Shown: positions 1 through 8,665 of the stretch, piece by piece
Layout: every line of letters begins with the position of its first letter
Numbering within the stretch: position 1 is the stretch's first letter
Source: Streptomycetaceae bacterium
GTDB lineage: Bacteria; Actinomycetota; Actinomycetes; Nanopelagicales; Nanopelagicaceae
Direction: 5' to 3'
Assembly: GCA_007279945.1 (NCBI GenBank)
Contig: QYPG01000013.1
Coordinates: 31,849 to 55,848, forward strand
Length of the DNA: 24,000 bases
Position numbers and translations under genes: made by a program
The notes under the pieces: model-generated
Databases searched by the model: none
What the model was told of the DNA's origin: nothing
Seen by the model: the letters and a program-made list of their open reading frames with translations, nothing else

Positions 1-410
1 CTCTTATTTAAATGATCAACAAAACGAGTACGCACACTTTCAACATGATCAGGTGCTGCGGCAACTATCGCTTTCCAACCCTTGGCTGTCATCACAGCAA
101 AATATCCACGTTTATCCGATGGGCAGGCTTCACGCTTTACCCAACCAGCTTTCTCCATGACCTTTATACGATGTGATAATCGCGAGCGCGATAGTAGTGC
201 GATCTCTGCTAGTTCACTCATCCGCATTTTGCGCTCTGGCGCATCACTGAGTTGGGCCAAAATCTCATAGTCGGCCATACTCAAATCATGTCCATCTAAA
301 TCGCTATCTAAGGCCTCTAACATGCGCCGACTGGCGATGATGTAACTTCGCCAGGCCGTCATTTCAGTGGAGTTAAGCCAGCGGGGTGCGGTAGCGTTTT
401 CATCTGGCAT
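1..410 (-). CDS. MarR-family transcriptional regulator (3' end cut by the window edge)
   Basis: Absent from the ORF track because it runs off the edge. Minus-strand ATG at 410..408. My translation is MPDENATAPRWLNSTEMTAWRSYIIASRRMLEALDSDLDGHDLSMADYEILAQLSDAPERKMRMSELAEIALLSRSRLSHRIKVMEKAGWVKREACPSDKRGYFAVMTAKGW... This is the typical MarR winged-helix pattern (MSELA...SRSRLSHRI..ME..GWV.R...P.D.R). The plus ORF 82..270 is its antisense shadow. Confidence 0.8.
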   Translation of the reverse strand, partial: MPDENATAPRWLNSTEMTAWRSYIIASRRMLEALDSDLDGHDLSMADYEILAQLSDAPERKMRMSELAEIALLSRSRLSHRIKVMEKAGWVKREACPSDKRGYFAVMTAKGWKAIVAAAPDHVESVRTRFVDHLNK

Positions 411-416
411 AGGGAC

Positions 417-422
417 AGTCTA
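417..422 (-). promoter_or_regulatory. Candidate -10 hexamer TAGACT for a leaderless marR transcript
   Basis: The minus strand reads TAGACT-GTCCCT-ATG: a TAnnnT hexamer 6 nt before the start codon, with no Shine-Dalgarno. Six other genes in the window show the same geometry. Confidence 0.4.
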
Positions 423-429
423 CGCTAAC

Positions 430-445
430 AGTTGAACTTTCAACT
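430..445. promoter_or_regulatory. Candidate MarR operator: perfect inverted repeat AGTTGAA-CT-TTCAACT
   Basis: A 7-bp perfect inverted repeat with a 2-bp spacer. It lies exactly between the marR -10 candidate (417..422, minus) and a TATTTT -10 candidate for the peptidase gene (445..450, plus). Confidence 0.4.
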
Positions 446-468
446 ATTTTTAAAAAGGGGTTTCGCGC

Positions 469-2418
469 GTGAGCATTAGTACAACTGGTTTAGATTTTGA
501 GCACATCGATTCATCGGTCCGCTTACAGGACGACCTCTACCGACATTTCAATGGAGCCTGGCTTAAGACCGCCGAGATTCCAGCCGATAGGGCAACCGAT
601 GGCGCCTTCATCAAACTGCGCGATCTATCTGAGAAACAAGTACGTGCGATTATTGAGAGTGCAAGCGGTAGCGCTGAGGCTCAAAAGATTAGCGATGTCT
701 ATGCATCATTTATGGATGCCGATGCGATCGAGGCCAAGGGCTTTTCACCGATTCAAGCCGATTTAGATGCCTGCGATGCCATTGTTTCTTTGAGCGATTT
801 TATTTCGACAATGTCTGCACTTGAGGCTCGGGGTCTTGGTGGAATCTTTGGTTCATTTATCTATGCCGACCAGAAAGATGTTAATACGAATATCTTGTAC
901 TTAGCTCAAGGCGCAATCTCACTGCCCAATGAGTCTTACTATCGCGAAGATCAGTACGCCGATATTCGTAGCGCTTTTCTTGCTCACGTTGAAGCGATGT
1001 TCACACTTGTCGGAATCCCTAATGGCGCAGAGCTAGCAGCCAAGATTTTGACTCTAGAAACTTCAGTTGCACGTCATCACTATGACGCAGTCAAAGATCG
1101 TGATGCAACGTTGACGTACAACAAATTAACTCGAGCTGAAGTCATCGCCCTTATGCCAGCCTTTGACTTTGACCTCTACTTACAAGCCGGAGAGATTCCA
1201 TCGGTTGTTCTAGATTCAGTCATCGTTCAGCAGCCGCCATTTTTTGCCGGGCTCTCAGATATCTTGGCTCACTTTGATCGCGATTCATGGGTGGCATGGC
1301 TGAAATGGAATGTGATCACTGGTTCAGCTGCTTACTTATCTGCCGACCTGGTCAATCAAAACTTTTCCTTCTATGGCAAAACCCTTTCTGGAACCCCCGA
1401 ACTTCGCGAGCGCTGGAAGCGAGCGGTCTCACTTGTTGAAGGCTCCCTTGGTGAGGCGGTCGGTAAGGTCTACGTCGAGCAGCACTTCCCGATCGCAGCC
1501 AAGGTCGCGATGGAGAAGCTTGTTGCCAACTTAATTGAGGCCTATCGAGTCAGCATCAATGAGATCGATTGGATGAGTGCAACAACTAAAGCTAAAGCCC
1601 TCGATAAGCTCGGCAAGTTTCGTCCCAAGATTGGCTACCCAGATAAGTGGCGCGATTATTCGGCGCTACAGACTGATCCGAAGGAGCTCTTTGGCAATGT
1701 CGGTCAGGTGACTAAGTTCCAACGTGATCATGAATTATCAAAGATCGGCAAGCCCGTTGATCGCGATGAATGGCACATGACGCCACAAACGGTGAACGCC
1801 TATTACAACCCAGTCATGAATGAGATTGTTTTTCCTGCCGCTATCTTGCAGTCGCCATTTTTCTCACTCACTGCCGATGACGCCGTGAACTACGGTGGAA
1901 TTGGCGCAGTCATTGGACACGAGATTGGCCATGGCTTTGATGACCAAGGCTCAAAGTTTGATGGAGACGGCGCCCTCAATAACTGGTGGAGCGATGAAGA
2001 CCGCGCCGCCTTTGAGATTCGCTCCAATGCGTTGATCGAGCAGTACAACACCCTGGTCCCAGAAGAGACTCCGGATATCACCGTCAATGGTGCGCTCACT
2101 GTTGGTGAAAATATCGGTGACTTGGGCGGATTAGCGATTGCTTACAAGGCCTACCAAATTTCACTGGCAGGTAAGGCTTCACCAGTTGTTGGAGATCTCA
2201 CTGGAGAGCAACGTCTGTTCTTTGGATGGGCACAAATCTGGCGTACCAAAGTGCGCCCAGAAGAGATGCGCCGTCGTATTGCAATCGACCCACACTCCCC
2301 CGGTGAGTTCCGTTGCAACACCATCGTAAGTAACTTCACGCCTTTCTATGAAGCCTTTGGCGTCACTGAAAAAGATGGCTTATGGCTGGATGAGTCAGCG
2401 CGCGTACAAATTTGGTAA
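469..2418 (+). CDS. pepO: M13-family zinc metalloendopeptidase (neprilysin/PepO-like)
   Basis: 649 aa with a GTG start preceded by AAAGGGG. HExxH zinc site in VIGHEIGHGFD. Downstream GENIGDLGG (ENxADxGG-type third zinc ligand block). C-terminal ..CNTIVSNFTPFYEAF..W typical of M13. No signal peptide. Confidence 0.9.
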   Translation: MSISTTGLDFEHIDSSVRLQDDLYRHFNGAWLKTAEIPADRATDGAFIKLRDLSEKQVRAIIESASGSAEAQKISDVYASFMDADAIEAKGFSPIQADLDACDAIVSLSDFISTMSALEARGLGGIFGSFIYADQKDVNTNILYLAQGAISLPNESYYREDQYADIRSAFLAHVEAMFTLVGIPNGAELAAKILTLETSVARHHYDAVKDRDATLTYNKLTRAEVIALMPAFDFDLYLQAGEIPSVVLDSVIVQQPPFFAGLSDILAHFDRDSWVAWLKWNVITGSAAYLSADLVNQNFSFYGKTLSGTPELRERWKRAVSLVEGSLGEAVGKVYVEQHFPIAAKVAMEKLVANLIEAYRVSINEIDWMSATTKAKALDKLGKFRPKIGYPDKWRDYSALQTDPKELFGNVGQVTKFQRDHELSKIGKPVDRDEWHMTPQTVNAYYNPVMNEIVFPAAILQSPFFSLTADDAVNYGGIGAVIGHEIGHGFDDQGSKFDGDGALNNWWSDEDRAAFEIRSNALIEQYNTLVPEETPDITVNGALTVGENIGDLGGLAIAYKAYQISLAGKASPVVGDLTGEQRLFFGWAQIWRTKVRPEEMRRRIAIDPHSPGEFRCNTIVSNFTPFYEAFGVTEKDGLWLDESARVQIW

Positions 2419-2421
2419 TTC

Positions 2422-3657
2422 ATGGGCTTTAACTTTGAGATCACATCTGCCCAAGAAAACTCTTTAGCGCGCGTTGGAACAATCACCACTCCGCATGGAC
2501 AGATTCAGACTCCAGCATTTATTCCGGTAGGTACTAAAGCCACGGTTAAATCAGTGTTGCCAGAAGCGATGGCCGACCTTGGTGCGCAAGCTTTACTGGC
2601 TAATGCATATCACCTGTACTTACAGCCGGGCGCCGATATTTTGGATGAGGCTGGCGGGCTTGGCGAATTCATGAACTGGCCTGGCCCAACTTTTACCGAC
2701 TCGGGTGGCTTTCAAGTTTTATCTCTCGGTGTAGGTTTTAAAAAAGTCTTAGCGATGGATGCGACGACTTTTCGCGCCGATGATGTCATTGCTGGAAACA
2801 AGGAGCGCTTAGCCCATGTAGATGATGAAGGCGTCACATTTAAATCCCACCTGGATGGGTCAATGCATCGATTTACACCAGAGATTTCAATGCAGGTACA
2901 GCACCAGATAGGGGCCGACATTATCTTTGCCTTCGATGAGTGCACGACGTTGCATAACACTCGCCCCTACCAAGAGTTAGCGATGGAGCGCACCTTGGCC
3001 TGGGCTAGCCGCTGCCTTGATGAACATAAACATCTGACCGATGAGCGATCTTCAAAGAGCTACCAAGCTTTATTTGGAGTTATCCAGGGCGCACAGTATG
3101 AAGACCTGCGCAAAAAAGCCGCGGGAGATTTAGGATCTCTAGAGTCTTCTGGTCAGTCTTTTGATGGCTTTGGAATCGGTGGCGCTTTAGATAAAGAAAA
3201 GTTGGGAGCCATAGTCTCGTGGGTCAATCAGCTTTTGCCAGAAAATAAACCAAAGCATTTATTGGGAATCGGCGCACCAGAGGATCTATTTGTTGGTGTT
3301 GAAAACGGCATCGATACATTTGACTGTGTATTAGCCTCCAGAATCGCTCGCACCAGCGCTGTGTATACGATGGAGGGGCGTTTTAACCTGTCTAACAGCC
3401 GTTTTAAGCGTGATTTCACCGCAATCGACGATGAATGTGACTGTTATACCTGCACGCACTACACACGGGCGTATATGCATCATGTATTTCGTGGCAAAGA
3501 GATGATCGCGGCAACTCTTGCAACGATTCATAACGAACGTTTTATTGTTCGCTTAGTTGATCAGATGCGACAAGCTTTAGTCGATGGAAACTTCAGCGAT
3601 ATGAAGGCCGACTTCCTGGGTCGCTATGCCCACCGAAGTGGCCAAGCTAGCGGCTAA
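2422..3657 (+). CDS. tgt: tRNA-guanine(34) transglycosylase (queuine tRNA-ribosyltransferase)
   Basis: 411 aa. Motifs TPAFIPVGTKATVK, FTDSGGFQV and AFDECT. LLGIGAPEDLF carries the nucleophile Asp. Zinc site CDCYTCTHYTRAYMHH. Starts 3 nt after the peptidase stop. Confidence 0.93.
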   Translation: MGFNFEITSAQENSLARVGTITTPHGQIQTPAFIPVGTKATVKSVLPEAMADLGAQALLANAYHLYLQPGADILDEAGGLGEFMNWPGPTFTDSGGFQVLSLGVGFKKVLAMDATTFRADDVIAGNKERLAHVDDEGVTFKSHLDGSMHRFTPEISMQVQHQIGADIIFAFDECTTLHNTRPYQELAMERTLAWASRCLDEHKHLTDERSSKSYQALFGVIQGAQYEDLRKKAAGDLGSLESSGQSFDGFGIGGALDKEKLGAIVSWVNQLLPENKPKHLLGIGAPEDLFVGVENGIDTFDCVLASRIARTSAVYTMEGRFNLSNSRFKRDFTAIDDECDCYTCTHYTRAYMHHVFRGKEMIAATLATIHNERFIVRLVDQMRQALVDGNFSDMKADFLGRYAHRSGQASG

Positions 3658-5307
3658 CTACTTCTTGGCAGCTAGTCGGGCCTCACGACGAACACGTTGT
3701 TCAGATGGATCTGGCACCGGAACGGCAGCGATCAAGCGGCGTGTGTAGTCATTTTTTGGACGTTGCAAGATTGCGTCGCGATCGCCCTCTTCGACAAGTA
3801 GACCGTCCTGCATTACTGCGATGCGGTGGGCCAAGATATCGACAACAGCTAAGTCATGGCTAATAAATAAACATGCAAACTTCATCTTCTCCTGCAGCTC
3901 CTGCAAAAGATCTAAGAAGCGGGCCTGCACCGAAACATCTAGCGCCGAGGTTGGTTCATCGGCAATTAACAAATCTGGGGTCAAGGCAAGTGCGCGCGCA
4001 ATCCCTACGCGTTGGCGCTGACCACCTGAAAGCTCATGCGGATAACGGTTGCGATAACTGCGTGGAAGCTCTACTTGATCCAATAAATCTTCAATCATGC
4101 GTGCAAGCTCTGGACCCTTAGCAATTTTTGCTAAGAAAAGTGGCTCGCCAATTGACTCTCCGATTGGCAGGCGTGGATTTAATGAGCTAGCTGGATCTTG
4201 AAAAACGATTCCAGTATGGCGACGAATCGAGAAGAGATCTTTTTGTGATGCATGGCTAATATCTTTGCCAACAATCTCAATTGTTCCAGCCTTGATCGGC
4301 AATAAGCCGATTGATGCACGGCCCACGGTCGTCTTTCCAGAGCCTGATTCTCCAACCAGGCCAACGATTTCACCTGGATAGATTTCAAGATTAAAGTTTT
4401 TCACGGCAGTAAATGCTGGAATACGACCACGCTTTGGATATTCGATAGTCACATCGGTAAGTTTTAAAACAGGATCTGGTTTAGCGCTCTCTTTATAAGG
4501 AAGCGCGCGCTTAACACTTGAGCCCAGCTTTGGAACCGCTCCCAACAACTGCTGCGTGTAAGGATGTTGCGGGCGATTAAAAATCTGATCGGCGCTACCG
4601 TGTTCAACCGTGATTCCATCCTTCATTACCAAAATCTCATCGGCCATATCTGCAACAACGCCCATATCATGTGTAATCAAAAGAATGGCCGAATTGAACT
4701 TACCTTTTAGGTCGCGCATTAAATCTAGAATTTCAGCTTGAACAGTCACATCCAGCGCTGTAGTTGGCTCATCGGCGACTAGAAGACCTGGATCACACGC
4801 GAGGGCTTGAGCAATCATTGCGCGTTGGCGCTGTCCACCTGATAACTGGTGCGGATACTTGTTGATTGATTTCTCTGGATCTGGAATATCCACCATCGTA
4901 ATTAACTCAAGTGCGCGGGCATGTGCCTGATGTGGGCCCATATCAAAGTGGTTGCGCAAAGTCTCCGTGATCTGAAAACCAATTGTGTAAACCGGGTTCA
5001 GCGCCGTCATTGGCTCTTGGAAAATATAGGCAACTTCTTTTCCTCGGAAATGGCGAAGTGTTACCGACTTTGCATTGAGCATCTCCTGCTCTTTGACTTT
5101 TACACTTCCGCTCATACGTGCATTAGATGCAAGTAGCGACATCAAACCAAGGGCGGTAGTTGATTTACCCGAACCTGATTCGCCAACGATGGCAGTTACT
5201 TTGCCGGGCTCAAGCGAGAGATTCATATCGATAACAGCTGGATACCACACACCATCGACCCAGAAATCAACGTTAAATCCCGCGATCTCTAAAATTGGCT
5301 TACTCAT
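3658..5307 (-). CDS. ABC transporter ATP-binding protein, fused double ATPase (DppD/DppF-type)
   Basis: 549 aa. Two Walker A motifs ([18 protein letters not shown]), two LSGGQRQR signatures and two Walker B motifs ([16 protein letters not shown]). Strong SD: GGAGG 7 nt upstream of the ATG at 5307. Confidence 0.9.
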   Translation of the reverse strand: MSKPILEIAGFNVDFWVDGVWYPAVIDMNLSLEPGKVTAIVGESGSGKSTTALGLMSLLASNARMSGSVKVKEQEMLNAKSVTLRHFRGKEVAYIFQEPMTALNPVYTIGFQITETLRNHFDMGPHQAHARALELITMVDIPDPEKSINKYPHQLSGGQRQRAMIAQALACDPGLLVADEPTTALDVTVQAEILDLMRDLKGKFNSAILLITHDMGVVADMADEILVMKDGITVEHGSADQIFNRPQHPYTQQLLGAVPKLGSSVKRALPYKESAKPDPVLKLTDVTIEYPKRGRIPAFTAVKNFNLEIYPGEIVGLVGESGSGKTTVGRASIGLLPIKAGTIEIVGKDISHASQKDLFSIRRHTGIVFQDPASSLNPRLPIGESIGEPLFLAKIAKGPELARMIEDLLDQVELPRSYRNRYPHELSGGQRQRVGIARALALTPDLLIADEPTSALDVSVQARFLDLLQELQEKMKFACLFISHDLAVVDILAHRIAVMQDGLLVEEGDRDAILQRPKNDYTRRLIAAVPVPDPSEQRVRREARLAAKK

Positions 5308-5360
5308 AGGTGTGCCTCCGCTTGCTTGGTATCAAGGTTTAGATCCAACTGTGACAAACT

Positions 5361-5900
5361 GTGGGCATGAACAATGCCGAAAAGTTCCGTCCCACTAGTG
5401 CGCTGGTTATGGGTTGGGTGTTGATCGCTTTTTTCGCAGGTTTTGTCGCTCAAAGTATTTACTACGGTGGATTGCTCGAAGCCATGATCACGATTCTCAT
5501 CTGTGGAACGCTTGCTTTCGGCACATACCTTAGTTTTATTAAGCCCTACGTTGTTATCTTTGATGAAGGTATCAAGATTGTTAACCCAACCAAAGAGATC
5601 ACTGCCAGTTGGGATCGTGTTGAAGAGATCGAGACCAAGTACAGCATGTCCATCATCGTTGATGGGTGCAATTTCTACGCGTGGGCCGCTCCAGCTCCTA
5701 GTCGTCGTCACGGAAAGAGTATGCATAAGAGTGACTTCACTCCCCGCGGTAGTGCGCACCCGGTTCGAATTGGTGACTCGCCGCGAAGTGATTCGGGTGC
5801 GTGTGCCTACATTGCCCGTCTTCGCCGAAAAGATTTCATCACCAGAGCTTTGCCGGCCGCCAATATCTTCCAGATCAAGAGTGGTCTGTTCGTCAAATAA
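5361..5900 (+). CDS. Small membrane protein with a bacterial PH domain (bPH_6 / low-molecular-weight antigen 6-like)
   Basis: Two N-terminal hydrophobic helices (VMGWVLIAFFAGFVAQSIYY, AMITILICGTLAFGTYLSFI). Then KPYVVIFDEGIKIVNPTKEITASWDRVEEIE...DGCNFYAWAAPAP, which matches the actinobacterial PH-domain family pattern as I remember it. The start could be GTG 5361 or ATG 5367. Confidence is reduced because a codon-aligned 233-aa ORF lies on the other strand and I see no clear SD or promoter. Confidence 0.65.
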   Translation: MGMNNAEKFRPTSALVMGWVLIAFFAGFVAQSIYYGGLLEAMITILICGTLAFGTYLSFIKPYVVIFDEGIKIVNPTKEITASWDRVEEIETKYSMSIIVDGCNFYAWAAPAPSRRHGKSMHKSDFTPRGSAHPVRIGDSPRSDSGACAYIARLRRKDFITRALPAANIFQIKSGLFVK

Positions 5901-5901
5901 A

Positions 5902-6990
5902 TTACTCATCGGCTTGAGCCAATTTTTTGGAGATTGCCGATTCTTGACGTTCCTTTTTTGAGATTCTCCGACGCTGGCGAGGATCGAAGGCATCGCGCAG
6001 ACCATCGCCGATAAAGTTAATACTCAAAGCGATGGTAATGATAAAGAAGCCTGGATACCAGAAAAGCCAAGGACGGGTTGTAAATGAATCTTGGTACTGG
6101 CTAATTAATAGACCTAGAGAAACGTCCGGTGGAACTACACCAAAGCCAAGGTATGACAGCGCAGTCTCCAGTAAAATTGCTCCCGATAGCAGCAGCGTCA
6201 CTGAAACGATAATAATTCCAACTGCGTTTGGCAGAATGTGCTTGAAGATAATACGGCGGTTAGTTGCGCCAGCAACGCGTGCGGCATCGACGAACTCACG
6301 CTCGCGAAGGGTCAAGAACTCTCCACGTACTAAACGTGAAAGACCGGTCCAAGCAAATAAACCTAAGTAAAACGCTAAGAAAATCGCGCCAAGGTTGCCG
6401 TAGTGGTAACCAATAACTGATCCAATAAGAACAGCTGGGACAGTGATCATGAAGTCCACAAGGCGCATCAGGATTGAGTCAATCTTTCCGCGGTAGAAAC
6501 CTGAGATCGAGCCGACGATTGTTCCAATAGTTCCACCAAGGAAACCAATAACGATCATGACAGATAATGAGCGCTGGGCACCTTTCATTACCAAAGCAAA
6601 GAAGTCATGCCCAATATCGTCTTGACCAAATGGGTGCGTACCTAGTCCAATACCTGCTCCACCTAGGAACTGCGGACGCAAAGAAACTGTTGGACAGCCA
6701 ACGGTTCCCCCAGGGCAATCACCTACGCGCAACTCTGGCAGGTCTTCGGTTGTCCATTTCCACCAACCAGGAATTCTCCAGACGCCAAATAATCTAAAGT
6801 CCAGCGCGGAAAATACAAAAATCACAATTGAAATAATCGTCACTAAGGAGAAAACTGCTGCACGGTGACGGAAGAAGCGTCGACGAACGATTTGTCCCTG
6901 GCTTAAACCCTCAACTTCTCGGTTAGAGATCGCATTTTCACCGCTGAGAACTGAGGTTGATTCAGCTGACTTCTTAGATGTGCGGGCCAT
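5902..6990 (-). CDS. ABC transporter permease (DppC/OppC-type)
   Basis: 362 aa, multiple TM helices. EAA-loop block REFVDAARVAGATNRRIIFKHILPN. Its ATG directly abuts the upstream permease stop (TAA-ATG). Confidence 0.9.
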   Translation of the reverse strand: MARTSKKSAESTSVLSGENAISNREVEGLSQGQIVRRRFFRHRAAVFSLVTIISIVIFVFSALDFRLFGVWRIPGWWKWTTEDLPELRVGDCPGGTVGCPTVSLRPQFLGGAGIGLGTHPFGQDDIGHDFFALVMKGAQRSLSVMIVIGFLGGTIGTIVGSISGFYRGKIDSILMRLVDFMITVPAVLIGSVIGYHYGNLGAIFLAFYLGLFAWTGLSRLVRGEFLTLREREFVDAARVAGATNRRIIFKHILPNAVGIIIVSVTLLLSGAILLETALSYLGFGVVPPDVSLGLLISQYQDSFTTRPWLFWYPGFFIITIALSINFIGDGLRDAFDPRQRRRISKKERQESAISKKLAQADE

Positions 6991-8535
6991 TTATGCACCA
7001 CTTCCTACTCGAATACGTGGGTCTAAGGCCGAATACAGTAGATCGGCGACCAAGTTAGCCAAGACCGACAAGGTAGCCGTCACAAAGAAGACGCCCATCA
7101 AAAGATTTAAGTCAAAGGAGAGAATGCCGCGATAGAAAAGCGTTCCCATGCCAGACCAACCAAAGACGCGCTCGGTAATAAGTGCACCTCCAATGACTCC
7201 AGCAAAGTCAACGACCATAATCGTTGTTAGCGGAATCATTGTGTTTCTAAATGCATGGCGCATGATCACAGTTCGTTCAGTTAATCCCTTAGCCCGGGCA
7301 GTACGGATGTAATCCTGATTAAGCACTTCTAGCAGCGTTCCGCGCGAGTATCGAATATAACCTGCAAATGAGATTAACGTCAAAGCTACTGTTGGTAGGA
7401 ACAAGTGAGTTACAAGATCTAAGTTAGATATCCAAAAATCAGATCTCTCCAATAAATCGCTACGCTGGCCAATAGTTGGTACTGGTCGATAATTAATCGC
7501 ATCGGTCTGCATATATGGCTGCCACGTTTGCATAAACTTGTCGATGACGATAATTATCGATGAAAGAAATGCGCTTATCACTGCAGTTCGAATAATTGGT
7601 CCGCGATCGATTTTTGAAAATGAGATTCCTGCAAAAACTCCAACTGTAATCAGGATAGAGAAGATAGCAAAGACCCCAAGTGCTCCTTGATGGTTATCAA
7701 ATACCCAGTTTGCTGGGTAGTACATCAGCAAAGTTGCAGCTGAAACAGTCAGGGATGCGCGTAAAGCAGCTTTATTGGAAATACCTACCGAGAGTTGAGT
7801 AACTCCATAAGCAATGCCTACTGATAAACCAAAGACCATGATTGGACCAAGACCTGGATGTAAGAACCAGTTCATAGCATCCATGATTGCAATGATTCCA
7901 CCAGCAATTAAAGTGGCTGTACCAAATACTGTCCAGAAAGTTTTGCGTGATCCACCAACTACTGATGCCCAAAAAATGCCGCTCGCTAGGGCTAGAAAAA
8001 ATAAGCCTTTGAGCGGAACATTAGGTTCACGTAAAAAGTTGTTAAAGGAAATCGCTAGATACTGCTTAAGAAGTACCGCTACCCAGAAAATTGGAAGTGA
8101 GAACATTAAAAATGATACAAAGGTCATCGAATAATCGAATCGGCTGTATTGGCGCAGTGCAGTAACAACTCCGATTCCAATGCCCATGACTATTGCAAGA
8201 ATCGTTGAAGCTAAAACCAGGCGAAGCGTCACTGGAATAGCTTGGGCTAAATCGCCCCCTACCGTTGCACCTTCACGAGTCATACCAAAGTTTGCATGGC
8301 CAACAAATAGGCCAAGTACGCCCTTGAGCCAGAGAAAGTATCTGGCTGGCGGCGGCACATCTAGCTGAAGTTCACGGCTAAGGGCAACCATTAAAAAGTC
8401 ACGGTTTGGGTCGGTACTTGTCTTTAAATCAGCTAGCGGATCCCCTGAATAGGCGGCAAGGTTGTAGAGGATAAAACTAGAACCCATCAAGATCACGCCT
8501 AATGCACCCAAACGGCGCATAATAAATGCAAACAT
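6991..8535 (-). CDS. ABC transporter permease (DppB/OppB-type), unusually long
   Basis: 514 aa. C-terminal EAA-loop block YIRTARAKGLTERTVIMRHAFRN. The N-terminal region resembles DppB. A roughly 180-aa hydrophobic insertion sits in the middle. Confidence 0.88.
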   Translation of the reverse strand: MFAFIMRRLGALGVILMGSSFILYNLAAYSGDPLADLKTSTDPNRDFLMVALSRELQLDVPPPARYFLWLKGVLGLFVGHANFGMTREGATVGGDLAQAIPVTLRLVLASTILAIVMGIGIGVVTALRQYSRFDYSMTFVSFLMFSLPIFWVAVLLKQYLAISFNNFLREPNVPLKGLFFLALASGIFWASVVGGSRKTFWTVFGTATLIAGGIIAIMDAMNWFLHPGLGPIMVFGLSVGIAYGVTQLSVGISNKAALRASLTVSAATLLMYYPANWVFDNHQGALGVFAIFSILITVGVFAGISFSKIDRGPIIRTAVISAFLSSIIIVIDKFMQTWQPYMQTDAINYRPVPTIGQRSDLLERSDFWISNLDLVTHLFLPTVALTLISFAGYIRYSRGTLLEVLNQDYIRTARAKGLTERTVIMRHAFRNTMIPLTTIMVVDFAGVIGGALITERVFGWSGMGTLFYRGILSFDLNLLMGVFFVTATLSVLANLVADLLYSALDPRIRVGSGA

Positions 8536-8596
8536 CGTTAAATTAAGCCTCTCGAGCTATAAAAACTACGGGTGAAGATTCACAGACTATACAGGC

Positions 8597-8630
8597 AATG
8601 ACACCCGGAAGTTGCCTTCCGGGTGTCATT
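8597..8630 (-). other. Intercistronic perfect stem-loop between the binding-protein and permease genes
   Basis: AATGACACCCGGAAG-TTGC-CTTCCGGGTGTCATT: a 15-bp perfect stem with a 4-nt loop. It lies 36 nt downstream of the binding-protein stop. No U-tract follows on the transcribed (minus) strand. Confidence 0.6.
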
Positions 8631-8665
8631 TTACTACCTAGTTAGGTACTAAAGGTCAATAACCC

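Noticed and set aside
5304-6005. 233-aa minus-strand ORF filling the gap between the permease and ATPase genes, considered as the real CDS
   Set aside because: Its product is S/T/R/N-rich with no motif I recognise and no SD. The ORF-track start overlaps the permease gene by about 100 nt. The plus-strand product has two TM helices and a PH-domain-like core. I kept it as a finding because the codon-aligned fit is unusual, but did not call it as a feature.
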